Shown here piece after piece: positions 1-15,531 of a DNA stretch of 64,000 bases; the first letter of the stretch is position 1, and each line of letters begins with the position of its first letter. The position numbers and the translations under genes are program-made. Source of the stretch: Dictyostelium discoideum (lineage: Eukaryota); NCBI GenBank assembly GCA_000004695.1, contig CM000153.2, positions 1,024,001 to 1,088,000 on the forward strand, given 5' to 3'. The notes under the pieces are model-generated. The model saw nothing but the letters and a program-made list of their open reading frames with translations. It was not told the DNA's origin and made no database searches.

Positions 1-3322
<3,322 letters not shown>

Positions 3323-3365
3323 CCTATTTAATTTAATTAAATGATAAAAAGTATTAATAAATATA

Positions 3366-3367
<2 letters not shown>

Positions 3368-3459
<92 letters not shown>

Positions 3460-3460
3460 T
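3368..3460. repeat. (TTA)n microsatellite (~93 bp), intergenic between the two minus-strand genes
   Basis: A perfect ttattatta... run. Confidence 0.9.
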
Positions 3461-3473
3461 ATAGTATAGATTA

Positions 3474-4052
3474 TTACATTGATTTATCGTCATTTTTAAA
3501 TTTTTTATCTTTTCTTTTCTTTTTTTTCTCTTTTTTTCTATTTTTTCTTTCATTTTCTTCATTTTCTTCATTTTCTTGTTGTTGTTGTTCTTTTTTATAT
3601 TTCTTTCTATTGTATGTAAAACCACCACTATCATCATCACTACTATCTTGATCACTAGAACTGCTATCATTATCATCATCATCACTATTATCATCACTAC
3701 TACTATCGATGAATGATCTTTTTTTCATTATTATTTTTACTTTATCATTATTTTTTTTTTCTGTTTTTGAATAAAGGGGTGGTGATGAAGAAGGAGGAGG
3801 AGGAGAAGAAAAAGTGTTGTCACTATCTAAATTAAAGAAATCTGAAGCCCTTTTAAGTTGAGTTTTTGATGTAACTGTATCAATAACATTTTCTTGTTTT
3901 TCTTTATAACTTGAATTTGAAAACCATGATGAAGATGGTGTGTTTGTGCTTGTGACCTTTTGGTGTTCCTCTAAATATAGATCATCACCATCACCATCAC
4001 CATCATCATCGTTTGAATATGCTGCAAAAAGTGATTTTTTTGAATGTGACAT
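3474..4052 (-). CDS. Hypothetical small Ser/Asp-rich protein with basic C-terminus (192 aa)
   Basis: Track ORF 3474..4052 (MSHSKKSLFAAYSNDDDGDGDGDD...KKEKKKKRKDKKFKNDDKSM); the ATG is preceded by an AT-rich homopolymer region and there is no obvious splice signal. The composition is coding-like but low complexity, so it could be spurious. Confidence 0.4.
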   Translation of the reverse strand: MSHSKKSLFAAYSNDDDGDGDGDDLYLEEHQKVTSTNTPSSSWFSNSSYKEKQENVIDTVTSKTQLKRASDFFNLDSDNTFSSPPPPSSSPPLYSKTEKKNNDKVKIIMKKRSFIDSSSDDNSDDDDNDSSSSDQDSSDDDSGGFTYNRKKYKKEQQQQENEENEENERKNRKKEKKKKRKDKKFKNDDKSM

Positions 4053-4203
4053 CTACATTTAAAAATAAAATTATAAATAAATTTAAAGTTTATAAAGCAA
4101 TGATTTGGGGAGCTGTTATTAAGTCACTTTAAAGAAAATTAAAAAATAAAAATTTTTTATTTTTAAAAAAAAAGAGGGGTACCCCCAAAAAAAAAAAAAA
4201 AAA

Positions 4204-4252
<49 letters not shown>

Positions 4253-4581
4253 ATTTAGATACTTTTTTGACCATGTGTAAATCTAGCAATTATTTTTTTA
4301 TGAACTTCATTTCCAATAAATAAAAATGATAATAAAAAAAAAAAAAAAATAAAAAAAAATAAAATTAAATAAAATATACCTATCAGTGGATAATTTAATT
4401 CTGAAAAAGAACCGGTTATTCGGGAAAAGTTAAATCTATAGATTATAATTGAAAATATTTTCATATTATTTACTTTTTAATTTTATTATTCATTCACAAT
4501 TAAAATAAAATATGTATTAAAAAAATAAATAAAATAAAAATTATGGTTTAAAAAAAATCAGAAATATTTTGGATCGAAACC

Positions 4582-4620
<39 letters not shown>

Positions 4621-5466
4621 AATATAATTGAAAGATTAAAAAAAATAAAATAAAAACAAAAAAGATTTTTATAGATAATCCCAAAAATTATTTTATTTAC
4701 ATTTTATATTATTTTTTTTTTTTTTGATCATTGTTTTTTAGATTTTTTTTTTTTGTCATAATTTTATTGATTTTTTAAACAATATAAAATTTTCTTTTTT
4801 ACCACATTTGTTTTCATAAACACTATAATTTGTTATTTTATAAAATATCTTCTTTTTTTAAAATTTCAAATGCAATTGAGGCAATAAACCAATAATAATT
4901 TAAATAATATTTAAATTTTTTTTTTTTTTTAAAAAATATAAAAAAAGGTAATTAAATTTATTAAAAAACTTCCCTCGGGATATCCAAAATAATGATTTAA
5001 ACAAGTGAAGTAAATAAAATTAAAATTAGTAAATTTTTTTACTAAAATTTAAAATAAAATCCAATAACATTGAAATTGATACTATCTGTTGTAATATAAT
5101 TATGTAATAATTAAATTGTTACAATTATGTTTTATCAAGATATTAAATTATATACAATCTCCCTCACAAACTAAAATAATTTATGTTTATATAATTAGAC
5201 TTTTCTCACCTGGGTGGGAAAAAGCCACGTGGTGAGTTTTTAATGTCGATTGAAAAACTCACAAACATAATTTTAAATCTCAAATATATTGTGTTAATGT
5301 TCAACAACTATCCTTATTTATTTTTAAAAAAAAAAAAAAAAAAAAATATTTATCTCATAATAAAATTATTCTAAAAGTCTAGTTTTTTCCTTTCTCCCCG
5401 AAACAAGAAAAAGAATAAAAATAAACTTGATATTAAAATTTAGGATAAAAAATCTATTGTATAAAT

Positions 5467-5511
<45 letters not shown>

Positions 5512-5583
5512 AAACTTGGAAAATAAAATAAAAATACAACCAAGTTTTAGTTAACTATAATTAAATAATAGAATATCTTAAAA

Positions 5584-7872
5584 ATGGATACATTATCATT
5601 ATTTTTAGGATCAAAGGTAATAATAATAATTAGATTATTATTATTATTATTATTATTATAATTATTATTTTAAAATTAAAACCATATAATATTAATAATA
5701 TTTCTTTTATTTTAGGGTGAAAATAAAAAATTATTTAGCCAACTTTCAAAAATGGTATTAAACTCTGCAATTGATTCAAGAATTCAATACTGTGGTAATG
5801 AACCTTCAATTTTTGAAGATGATTATTTTGAATCTGATAATTTTAAAAAATCAAGTGAATTAATTAAAGAAAATACAAAGTTAATTTGTAATTATATTAA
5901 AGATTCTACTCAATTTTCAAGTTTACGATATCAAGCTCATATGATAGAAGATCCTTTAATTCCAAGTTTTATTGGTACAATTTCAGGCCTTTATTATAAT
6001 ACTAATACATGTACTCCTCAAGTTTCTAATAAATCTTCCTTTATTGAACATGCATTTGCTAGTGACCTATGTTCAATGGTAGGTTATGATACAAGTAAAA
6101 TACCAGATTATTATAATTCAATGAAAACAGTTTCAATAAAAGAAATAATTAAAAGAGAAGTTGAAACTGTATATCCTCATGGTCATAATACTAGTGGTGG
6201 TTCAGTATCAAACATTGAAGCATGTTGGTCAAGTTATTGGGTTAAATTTATTCCAGTTGCAATTAAAAATGCATTATTAAATGAAAATGATTTAATTGAT
6301 TCCAGGGAATTAACAATTACCCTAAATGATTGTAAAACTAATAAACAATTAATTGAATGTACAAATTGGGAATTATCAAATTTAAATGGAGATTTATCAG
6401 TAAAATTACCATATCAAATAAGTTTAGAATGTAATTTACCAATTGAAAATGTTTATGAAATTATTAAAAGATATCATTCGTGTTCATTGGGTGCATATCG
6501 GTTTTTTGTGGATAATCAAATTAATCAACCAATTTATTTAATACCAGCATCAGCTCATTATTGTTTTAAAAAAGCAGTATGTTTGATTGGATTAGGTTCA
6601 ACAAATATAAAATTAATAAAAATTGAACCAAATGGTAGAATAAATATAAATGATGTGAAAATGATTATTAAAAATTGTATTGAGAATCAAATTCCAATTA
6701 TTAATATCATATCGATATTAGGTTCAACCCAAGAGTATGGTGTCGATAATATTGATGAAATAGTTTCAATTAGAAATCAAGTAAGAAGAGACTTGAATTT
6801 TAATTTTGAAATGCATGTAGATGGTGCATTCGGTGGATATTCATTATCATGTATTAGAGATAACTTTCAATTGGAAAATCCATTAGATGATCAATTATTA
6901 TTTCCTAATAATATTGAAAATGAAAATAACAATCAAAATGAAATTGATTCATTTGATCCAGAATTAATAATTAGTAGTTATGTTAAAAAACAATTACATG
7001 CTTGTAAATTTGTAGATTCAATTACATTGGATGGTCATAAATCTGGCTTTTTACCATTTTCAAATAGTACAATTTGTTATAGAAATTCAAAGTATAAAGA
7101 TATTATTACACTCTCTTCTGCTTATATAGATATCTGTAAAAAGAATATTCCAAACTGTGGCGTGTTTGGTATTGAAGGTTCTCGTCCAGGTTATTCTTCA
7201 ATCGCAGGTTATTTAACTCATTCAATAATTCGTCCTTCGAAAATTGGATATGGTAAAATTTTAAAAAGATGTATTTTTAATGCAAAATTATTTTATATAT
7301 CCTTGTTAATTAAATTCGATGGTAATAATGGTAATAATATAAAAGTGTTTACAGTTGGTAATAATCCATCAAGTGATGTTTTAAATTATTTAAAAACAGA
7401 AATAATCGATTCGAATACTGGTAAAATCAAATCATTAGATCAAATTGTATCAAATAAAACATTATTACAAATTTTATCAAATTATGGAGCAGATTTAAAC
7501 GGTGTTTGTTTTGGTTTTAATTTTATTTCACCTTCAACTGGCGAATTAAATAATGATTATCAAAAATATGTAGAACTTAATAAAATGATAATTGATAGAT
7601 TCGATTATTCAAGAGGACCTGAAGCAGATTTGATATTTGGAAATACATTTTTAAATAATAGTTATGGTAATGAATTTATTTCAAATTTCCTTGAAACAAA
7701 TGAATTAAAAATTAATATCCCTATCTATAATAAAATCAAAATTCCAATACTAAGGTCATCAACTATGTCACCTTTTATTAGTGAAACATCTGAAGGTTCA
7801 TATATTGATATTATGCTTTACCTATTATTAAAAGAAATTACAGGTTTTTTATTTTCAATTGATAAATTATAA
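5584..7872 (+). CDS. PLP-dependent group II (DDC/GAD/TyrDC-type) decarboxylase-like protein, paralog A; join(5584..5616,5716..7872), about 729 aa
   Basis: Exon 1 is ATGGATACATTATCATTATTTTTAGGATCAAAG (MDTLSLFLGSK), followed by a GTAATA donor at 5617. The 99-nt AT-rich intron ends in TTTTAG at 5715. Exon 2 (GENKKLFSQLSKMVLNS...) is in frame with track ORF 5752..7872. Motifs present: HGHNTSGGSVSNIEA (TSGGSxSN), HVDGAFGGY and SITLDGHKSGF (the S-x-x-x-D-x-HK PLP-lysine motif). Confidence 0.8.
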
Positions 7873-9127
7873 TTAAGATAATAAATATTAAATAAAAAAT
7901 ATAAATATAAAAATAATACATAATCAATAAAGAATCATTAGAAATCTTAAAATGATAATAAATTTAGTATCAATGATTTTTTAATTTATCAATTATTAAA
8001 TAAATAATTTGATTAGGTGGTGTTTAATTATTTTTTTTTTTTTTTTTTTTGGAATTTATTATTAATTAAAAAAAAAAGTTTTATGATCTAACCCTATAGA
8101 TTCAAAATTCATACTAAATATTATTGACACAATTTTATCACTCACACAAGAGTATAAAATAATACAAAAGTGTTTTTAAAAATCATTATTAATGATTAAT
8201 AGATACACGTCCACCCCAAAATGGGTTATAAACAGCCAGTACAGCCCAAAGTGCACAACTAAATGCTTGTACGGGCTGTATGCAGAATCGATAGGGTTAG
8301 ATAATTACACTTTTTTATCCAATATTGTATTTATTTATTTATTTATTTATTTTTTTATAAAAAAATATTTTATTTAATTTAAATTTACACATATGAACAT
8401 ATCTGGAAAGTGGGTCATTAAAATAAAAAAAACTTTTTTTTTTAATTTTAATTAAATTTAATTTAAAATTAATTAAATTTAATAAAAATGGACATCTGTT
8501 TTAAATAATAAAGTAAAAATTGGTATATCTGTTTTAAACATTTTAATATAATTATTAAAATTTAATAAAATTTTATAATTATTATTTAAATTATTAATGA
8601 AATTAATTAAATTCTAAAAATACATTGGGTTATTAATATAACAAGATATTCTAAAACCGTATTAAAATTTCAAAAAAAAATTTCTTTGTTGCGATGAATT
8701 AGTTTTTCACAAGAGATTATATACCTTACAATAAAAAAGAATATCATTTTTTAAAAAGTAGATAAATGGATAATTAAGTAGATAATGGGATAAAAAAGTA
8801 AGATAATATTTTATGGAGTTATAATTTTAAACATATATTCTTTAATACCCGAAATTTCCTGTTTATTTAAAATTTATATTTGATAATTTTTCAAAATAAA
8901 CCAATATTAATTTGAATAGTGTTAGGTTTTTAATTTGAAATTTATAAATCGTGATAAATCTCTAAACAATTACTAATTAAATTTATATTAATTCTATAAA
9001 ATAAAAAAGTAAAATAAAAAACATTAAAAAAAAAAAAAATTTAAAACTTAATTTTTAAATTCGAAAAATTAATTAGTTATTTTAAAAATTTATATTGAAG
9101 ATAATTATAAATAAAGAATATTTTGAA

Positions 9128-11392
9128 ATGGATTCTTTATCATTATTTTTAGGATCAAAGGTAATATCTTTATATTATTATTATAAATCTCAAACCATAT
9201 TAATTAATTTTTTTTTTTTTTTAAAAAAAAATTAGGGTGAAAATAAAAAATTATTTTCTGAACTTTCAAAAATGGTATCAAACTATGCAATTGATTCAAG
9301 AATTAAATATAGTGGTAATGAACCTTCAATTTTTGAAGATGATTATTTTGAATCTGATGATTTTATAAAATCAAGTGAATTAATTAAAGAAAATACAAAA
9401 TTAATTTGTAATTATATTAAAGATTCTACTCAATTTTCAAGTTTAAGATATCAAGCTCATATGGTTACTGATCCCTTAATTCCAAGTTTTATTGGTACAA
9501 TTGCTGGTCTTTTTTATAACTCTAATATATGTACTACTCAATCTTCTAATAAAACTTCCTTTATTGAATATGAATTTGCAAATGATCTTTGTTCGATGGT
9601 AGGTTATGATACAAGTAATATACCAGATTATTATAATTCAATCAAAACAGTTTCTATAAAAGAAAAAGTTCAAAGAGAATTTGAAACTGTATATCCACAT
9701 GGTCATAATACTAGTGGTGGTTCAGTATCAAACATTGAAGCATGTTGGTCAAGTTATTGGGTTAAATTTATTCCAGTTGCAATTAAAAATGCATTATTAA
9801 ATGAAAATGATTTAATTGATTCCAAAAATTTATTTATTACATTAGAAGATGGTAAAACCAATAAATTATTAATTGAATGTACAAATTGGGAATTATCAAA
9901 TTTAAATGGTGATTTATCAGTAAAATTACCATATCAAATAAGTTTAGAATGTAATTTACCAATTGAAAATGTTTATGAAATTATTAAAAGATATCATTTA
10001 TGCTCATTAGGTACATTTAAATTTTTTGTAAAAAATAAAATTAATGAACCAATTTATTTAATACCAGCATCAGCTCATTATTGTTTTAAAAAGGCAGTAT
10101 GTTTGATTGGATTAGGCTCAGATAATATAAAACTAATAAAAATTGAACCAAATGGTAGAATGAATATAAATGAAGTAAAAACGATTATTAAAAACTGTAT
10201 TGAAAATCAAATTCCAATCATTAATATCATATCGATATTAGGTTCGACTCAAGAGTATGGTGCTGATAATATCGATGAAATTGTTTCAATTAGAAATCAA
10301 GTAAGAAGAGACTTTAATTTTAATTTTGAAATGCATGTAGATGGTGCGTTCGGTGGATATTCATTATCATGTATTAGAGAGAACTTTTGGTTGAAAAATC
10401 CATTAGATTATCAATTATCATTACCTAATAATTTTGAAAATGAACAAAATAATCAAAACGAAACTGATTCATTTGATCCAGAATTAATAATTAGTAGTTT
10501 TTTAAAAAAACAATTACATGCTTGTAAGTTTGTAGATTCAATTACATTGGATGGTCATAAATCTGGCTTTTTACCATTTTCAAATAGTACAATTTGTTAT
10601 AGAAATTCAAAGTATAAAGATATTCTAACATTAGCTCCTGTTTATGTCGATGATGGAAAAAAGAATATTCCAAACTGTGGTGTGTTTGGTATTGAAGGTT
10701 CTCGTCCTGGTCATTCTTCAGTTGCAGGTTATTTAACTCATTCAATAATTCGTCCTTCGAAAAACGGATATGGTAAACTTTTAAAAAGATGTATTTTAAA
10801 TTCGAAATTATTTTATATTTCCTTGTTAATTAAATTCGATGGTAATAATGGTAATAATATAAAAGTGGTCACAGTTGGTAATAACCCATCCAGTGATGTT
10901 TTAAATTATTTAAAAACAGAAATCATCGATTCGAATACTGGTAAAATCAAATCATTAGATCAAATTGTATCAAATAAAACATTATTACAAATTTTATCAA
11001 ATTATGGAGCAGATTTAAACGGTGTTTGTTTTGGTTTTAATTTTATTTCACCTTCAACTGGTGAATTAAATAATGATTATCAAAAATATGTAGAACTTAA
11101 TAAAATGATAATTGATAGATTCGATTATTCAAGAGGACCTGAAGCAGATTTGATATTTGGAAATACATTTTTAAATAATAGTTATGGTAATGAATTTATT
11201 TCAAATTTCCTTGAAACAAATGAATTAAAAATTAACATTCAAGCCTATAATAAAATCAAAATTCCATTACTCAGGTCATCAACTATGTCACCTTTTATTA
11301 GTGAAACATCTGATGGTTCATATATTGATATAATGCTTGACCTATTATTAAAAGAAATTACAGATTTTTTATTTTCAATTGATAAATTATAA
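9128..11392 (+). CDS. PLP-dependent group II decarboxylase-like protein, paralog B; join(9128..9160,9236..11392), about 729 aa
   Basis: Same two-exon structure as paralog A: exon 1 ATGGATTCTTTATCATTATTTTTAGGATCAAAG, GTAATA donor at 9161, acceptor AG at 9234..9235. It is about 90% identical to copy A at the protein level, with all PLP motifs conserved (SITLDGHKSGF, HVDGAFGGY). The 3' flank motif (ttaggtggtgtttaatt vs gaggtggtgttaaatt + poly-T) is also duplicated. Confidence 0.8.
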
Positions 11393-11535
11393 TAAAGATA
11401 ATTTTGAATAAAAAATTAAAAAAAAAATACTTTACATACCCAAAAAAGAACATTAAATATGGATTTCTAGAAATTAATAAAAGTTTAATATCAATACTTT
11501 TTAAAATTTAATAAATTATTAGACGAGGTGGTGTT

Positions 11536-11579
<44 letters not shown>

Positions 11580-12024
11580 TTTCTAGAAAAGTCTTAAAAA
11601 TTAATTATCTTTTAGTTTGTATATTAAAAATAACGTAGAAAGATATGAGCGTTTGGCTTATTTATTGTTGTAGTTTTGTTTTTTAGTTTTTTTAATAAGG
11701 ATAGTCTCCTCTTTTTTTATTTTTTTTATTTCTCCTTATTTTTTTTTTTATAATAATAATGAAAATTTTTTTTTAAAGAAAAAAGAATAGTGTAAGGGGA
11801 GCAGAAAAGAAAATAAAAAATAATATTAAACAAAGAATAGACCAACCGACCAGCGCCACATAAAATTACTTTTCACCACTTTAATGATGGAGTTTTTATA
11901 TCCAGCCAACCTTAGAATAGTGTTTAGGTATTGAGACAATGTTAAATCTTTGGGTAGAGTGTTGTTTTGTTTGAAAGTGTATTCTATTGGGCTATTAAAA
12001 AGTTTTAAATTTTTTAATCTTGGT

Positions 12025-13900
12025 GTTAGGATCAAAGGTAATAATTTTATATTATTATTATTATAAATTTCATACCATATTAATTATAATTTTTACAAAT
12101 TAGGGTGAAAATAAAAAATTATTTTCTGGTCTTTCAAAAATGGTATTAAACTCCGTAGTTGATTCAAGAATTCATATAGGGGTAATGAACCTTCAATTTT
12201 AGAAGACGATTATTAAAGATTCTACTCAATTTTCAAGTTTTAGATATCAAGCTCATATGGTTGTTGATCCTTTAGTTCCAAGTTTATTGGTACAATTGCT
12301 GGTCTTTTTTATAATTCTAATATCTGCACTCCTCAATCTTCTAATAAATCCTCCTTTATTGAAAGTGCATTTACAAATGATCTACGTTCGATGGTAAGTT
12401 ACGATACAAGTAAAATACCAGATTATTATAATTCAATCGAAACAGTTTCAATAAATGAAACAATTAAAAGAGAATTTGAAACTGTATATCCACATGGTCA
12501 TAATACTAGTGGTGGTTCAGTATCAAATATTGAAGCATGTTGGTCAAGTTATTGGGTTAAATTTATTCCAGTTGCAATTAAAAATGCATTATTAAATGAA
12601 AATGATTTAATTGACTCGAAAAATTTATAAATTACACTAGAAGATGGTAAAACCAATAAATTATTAATTGAATGTACAAATTGGGAATTATCAAATTTAA
12701 ATGGTGATTTATCAGTAAAATTACCATATCAAATATGTTTTGAATGTAATTTACCAATTGAAAATGTTTATGAAATTATTAAAAGATATCATTTATGTTC
12801 ATTAGGTACATTTAAATTTTTTACAAATAATCAAATTAATGAACCAATATATTTAATACCAGCATCGTCTTGTCTTAAAAAGGCAGTATGTTTGATTGGA
12901 TTAGGTTCAGATAATATAAAACTAATAAAAATTGAACCAAATGGTAGAATGAATATGAATAAAGTAAAAATGATTATAAAAGATTGTATTGAAACCAAAT
13001 TCCAATAATAAATGTCATATCGATATTAGGCTCAACTCAAGAGTATGGTGTTGATAATGTTGATGAAATATTTTCAATTAGAAATCAAGTAAGAAGAGAC
13101 TTTAATTTTAATTTTGAAATGCATGTAGATGGTGCGTTCGGTGGATATTCATTATCATGTAGTAGAGATAACTTTCAATTGGAAAATCCATTAGATGATC
13201 AATTATTATTTCCTAATAATATTGAAAATGATGATAACAATCAAAATGAAATTGTATCATTTGATCCAGAATTAATAATTAGTAGTTATTTTATGCTTGT
13301 AAATTTGTAGATTCAATTACATTGGATGGTCATAAATCTGGTTATTTACCATTTTCAAATAGTACAATTTGCTACAGAAATTCAAAGTATAAAGATGTTC
13401 TTACATTAGCTCCTGTTTATGTCGATGATGGAAAAAAGAATATTCCAAACTATGGTGTGTTTGGTATTGAAGGTTCTCGTCTAGGTCATTCTTCAGTTGC
13501 AGGTTATTTAACTCATTCAATAATTCGTCCCCTTCAAAAAGTGGATATGGTAAACTTTTAAAAAGATGTATTTTAAATTCGAAATTATTTTATAATTCAC
13601 TATTAACGAAATTCGATGGTAATAATGGTAATAATATAAAAGTGTTTACAATTGGTAATAATCCATCAAGTGATGTTTTAAATTATTTAAAAACAGAAAT
13701 AATCGATTCGAATACTGGTAAAATCAAATCATTAGATCAAATCGTATCAAATAAAACATTATTATAAATTTTATCAAATTATGGAGCAGATTTAAACGGT
13801 GTTTGTTTTGGTTTTAATTTTATTTCGCCTTCTACTGGTGAATTAAATAATGATTATCAAAAATATGTAGAACTTAATAAAATGATAATTGATAGATTAG
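12025..13900 (+). pseudogene. Degenerate third copy of the PLP-decarboxylase gene (truncated at both ends, frameshifts and in-frame stops)
   Basis: Only a remnant of exon 1 is left (ggtgttaggatcaaag|gtaataat at ~12025; the ATG is lost), followed by the intron. The exon-2 homolog starts ~12110 and is readable only as fragments (track ORFs 12391..12630, 13119..13310, 13322..13561). There is a TAA at ~12628, an internal deletion near 12200 and multiple 1-nt indels. It diverges from copy B after aaaatgataattgatagatt at ~13880, so the 3' ~280 nt are missing. Confidence 0.75.
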
Positions 13901-14050
13901 ATGATTTATTGGAACATTTAAATGGAATTTTAATTTTATTTTAATTTTCTTAAAATTTGATATTTTTTTTTTTTTTGTGTAATTCTTGGGAATAAAACCA
14001 ATTAAAAAATTAAAATTTCAACCTGTAATAAAATCTCAGTGTAAACACTC

Positions 14051-14087
<37 letters not shown>

Positions 14088-14407
14088 CTAAAACCTTTCG
14101 GTACTTTTAAAATTTGGGAAAAAATAAAACTTGACACTTTCACAAATGAAACAACCCAATTATTTCATTTAAAAACCACCTCCCAAACAAAATAAATATT
14201 TATAACTCGCCAACAAAACTATTTTTATAATTTGATATCGCGAACAAACAAAAAAAAAAAAATTAAAAAAAAATAAAAAATAAAAAAAATAATTCTCCCA
14301 TCATGATTCGATTGCAGTGCAAACAAAACGATATTTTTTATTTTATTTTTTTTTTTATTTTATTTTATTTTTTTTTTTTTTTCAAAACAATTTTTTGCAT
14401 AAAAAAC

Positions 14408-14440
<33 letters not shown>

Positions 14441-14775
14441 CCAATCAAACAATACTAATCAAAAAATATAAAAGTTAATCTATATTCGAAAGATTTATAC
14501 ATATTAATAAATTTTAATTTTAAATTATAATAATTTTATTTTATTTTTTTTCTTCAATTATAACTATTTTATTTAATTTTCATTCTTCTCGAGATTAAAT
14601 AACCTAATAAATTTTAAAAAAAAAAAAACCAAATCATAATTATTAATCATCTTGAATTAAAATACAAATTAATAAAATTTTAAAACTTTTCAGACAATAA
14701 GAAAAACATAAATATATTTTTTTTTTAATAAAATCAATCAATCAATCAATCAAAAAAAAAAAAAAAAAAAAGAAA

Positions 14776-15531
14776 ATGGAAGGTAAAACAATTTTAGTAA
14801 CTGGCGCATCTCGTGGTATTGGTAGAGAAATCTGTTTACAATTAGCATCCTTAAAAAATGTTAATGTTGCTTTAGCAGATGTTAATGTTTGTGAAGAAAC
14901 CATTAACTTGATGAAAGAGATCAACCCATCAGTCGAAACCTTATCAATCGTTTGTGATATCTCAAAGAGTGATCAAGTTGAAGATATGGTAAACAGAGTT
15001 GTTGTAAAATTTGGCCGTTTAGATGGTGCTGTTAACAATGCTGGTATCTTGGGTCAAATGGCTAGAATTGGAGAATATGACGAGTCAATGTTCTCTAAAA
15101 TGATGGATATCAATATCAAAGGTACCTGGTTATGCATTAAATATCAAGTCAAACAAATGGAAAAACAAGGTAAAGGTGACTACTCCATCGTTAACATTTC
15201 CTCAATCGCTGGTGTATTATCATTCCCATACAACAGTGGTTACTCTGCCGTTAAACACGCTATTCTTGGTATCACTAAATCTGCTGCTGCCGAATATGGT
15301 GCCCTCAACATTAGATGTAATGCCGTATTACCAGGTGCCTCTGAAACTGCTATGCTTAGAGAATATTTACCACCAGGTGAAGCAACTGCTCAATTAGAAG
15401 GTCACGTCCCACTCAAGAGAGTATCACACCCAAGTGAAATTGCCAAACCAGTCTTATTCTTATTAAGCCCAGAATCATCCTACATTACTGGTCAATCCTT
15501 AATTGCTGATGGTGGTCTTACTATTGTTTAA
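14776..15531 (+). CDS. Short-chain dehydrogenase/reductase (SDR) family oxidoreductase, 251 aa, single exon
   Basis: TGASRGIG Rossmann motif, NNAG, and a catalytic S...YSAVK triad. GC content and codon usage are higher than in neighbouring genes, typical of a well-expressed Dictyostelium gene. Confidence 0.9.
   Translation: MEGKTILVTGASRGIGREICLQLASLKNVNVALADVNVCEETINLMKEINPSVETLSIVCDISKSDQVEDMVNRVVVKFGRLDGAVNNAGILGQMARIGEYDESMFSKMMDINIKGTWLCIKYQVKQMEKQGKGDYSIVNISSIAGVLSFPYNSGYSAVKHAILGITKSAAAEYGALNIRCNAVLPGASETAMLREYLPPGEATAQLEGHVPLKRVSHPSEIAKPVLFLLSPESSYITGQSLIADGGLTIV

Noticed and set aside
4175-4190. Perfect 10-bp palindrome GGGGTACCCC embedded between poly-A and poly-T runs
   Set aside because: It is isolated and short, and similar G/C blips near the assembly gap look like sequencing artefacts, so it is not enough to call a regulatory site.
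8200-8310. Possible tRNA in the GC-richer patch between decarboxylase copies
   Set aside because: Neither strand has a T-loop (GTTCRANYC) or D-loop consensus or a 7-bp acceptor stem. It is kept only as a generic structured-RNA candidate.
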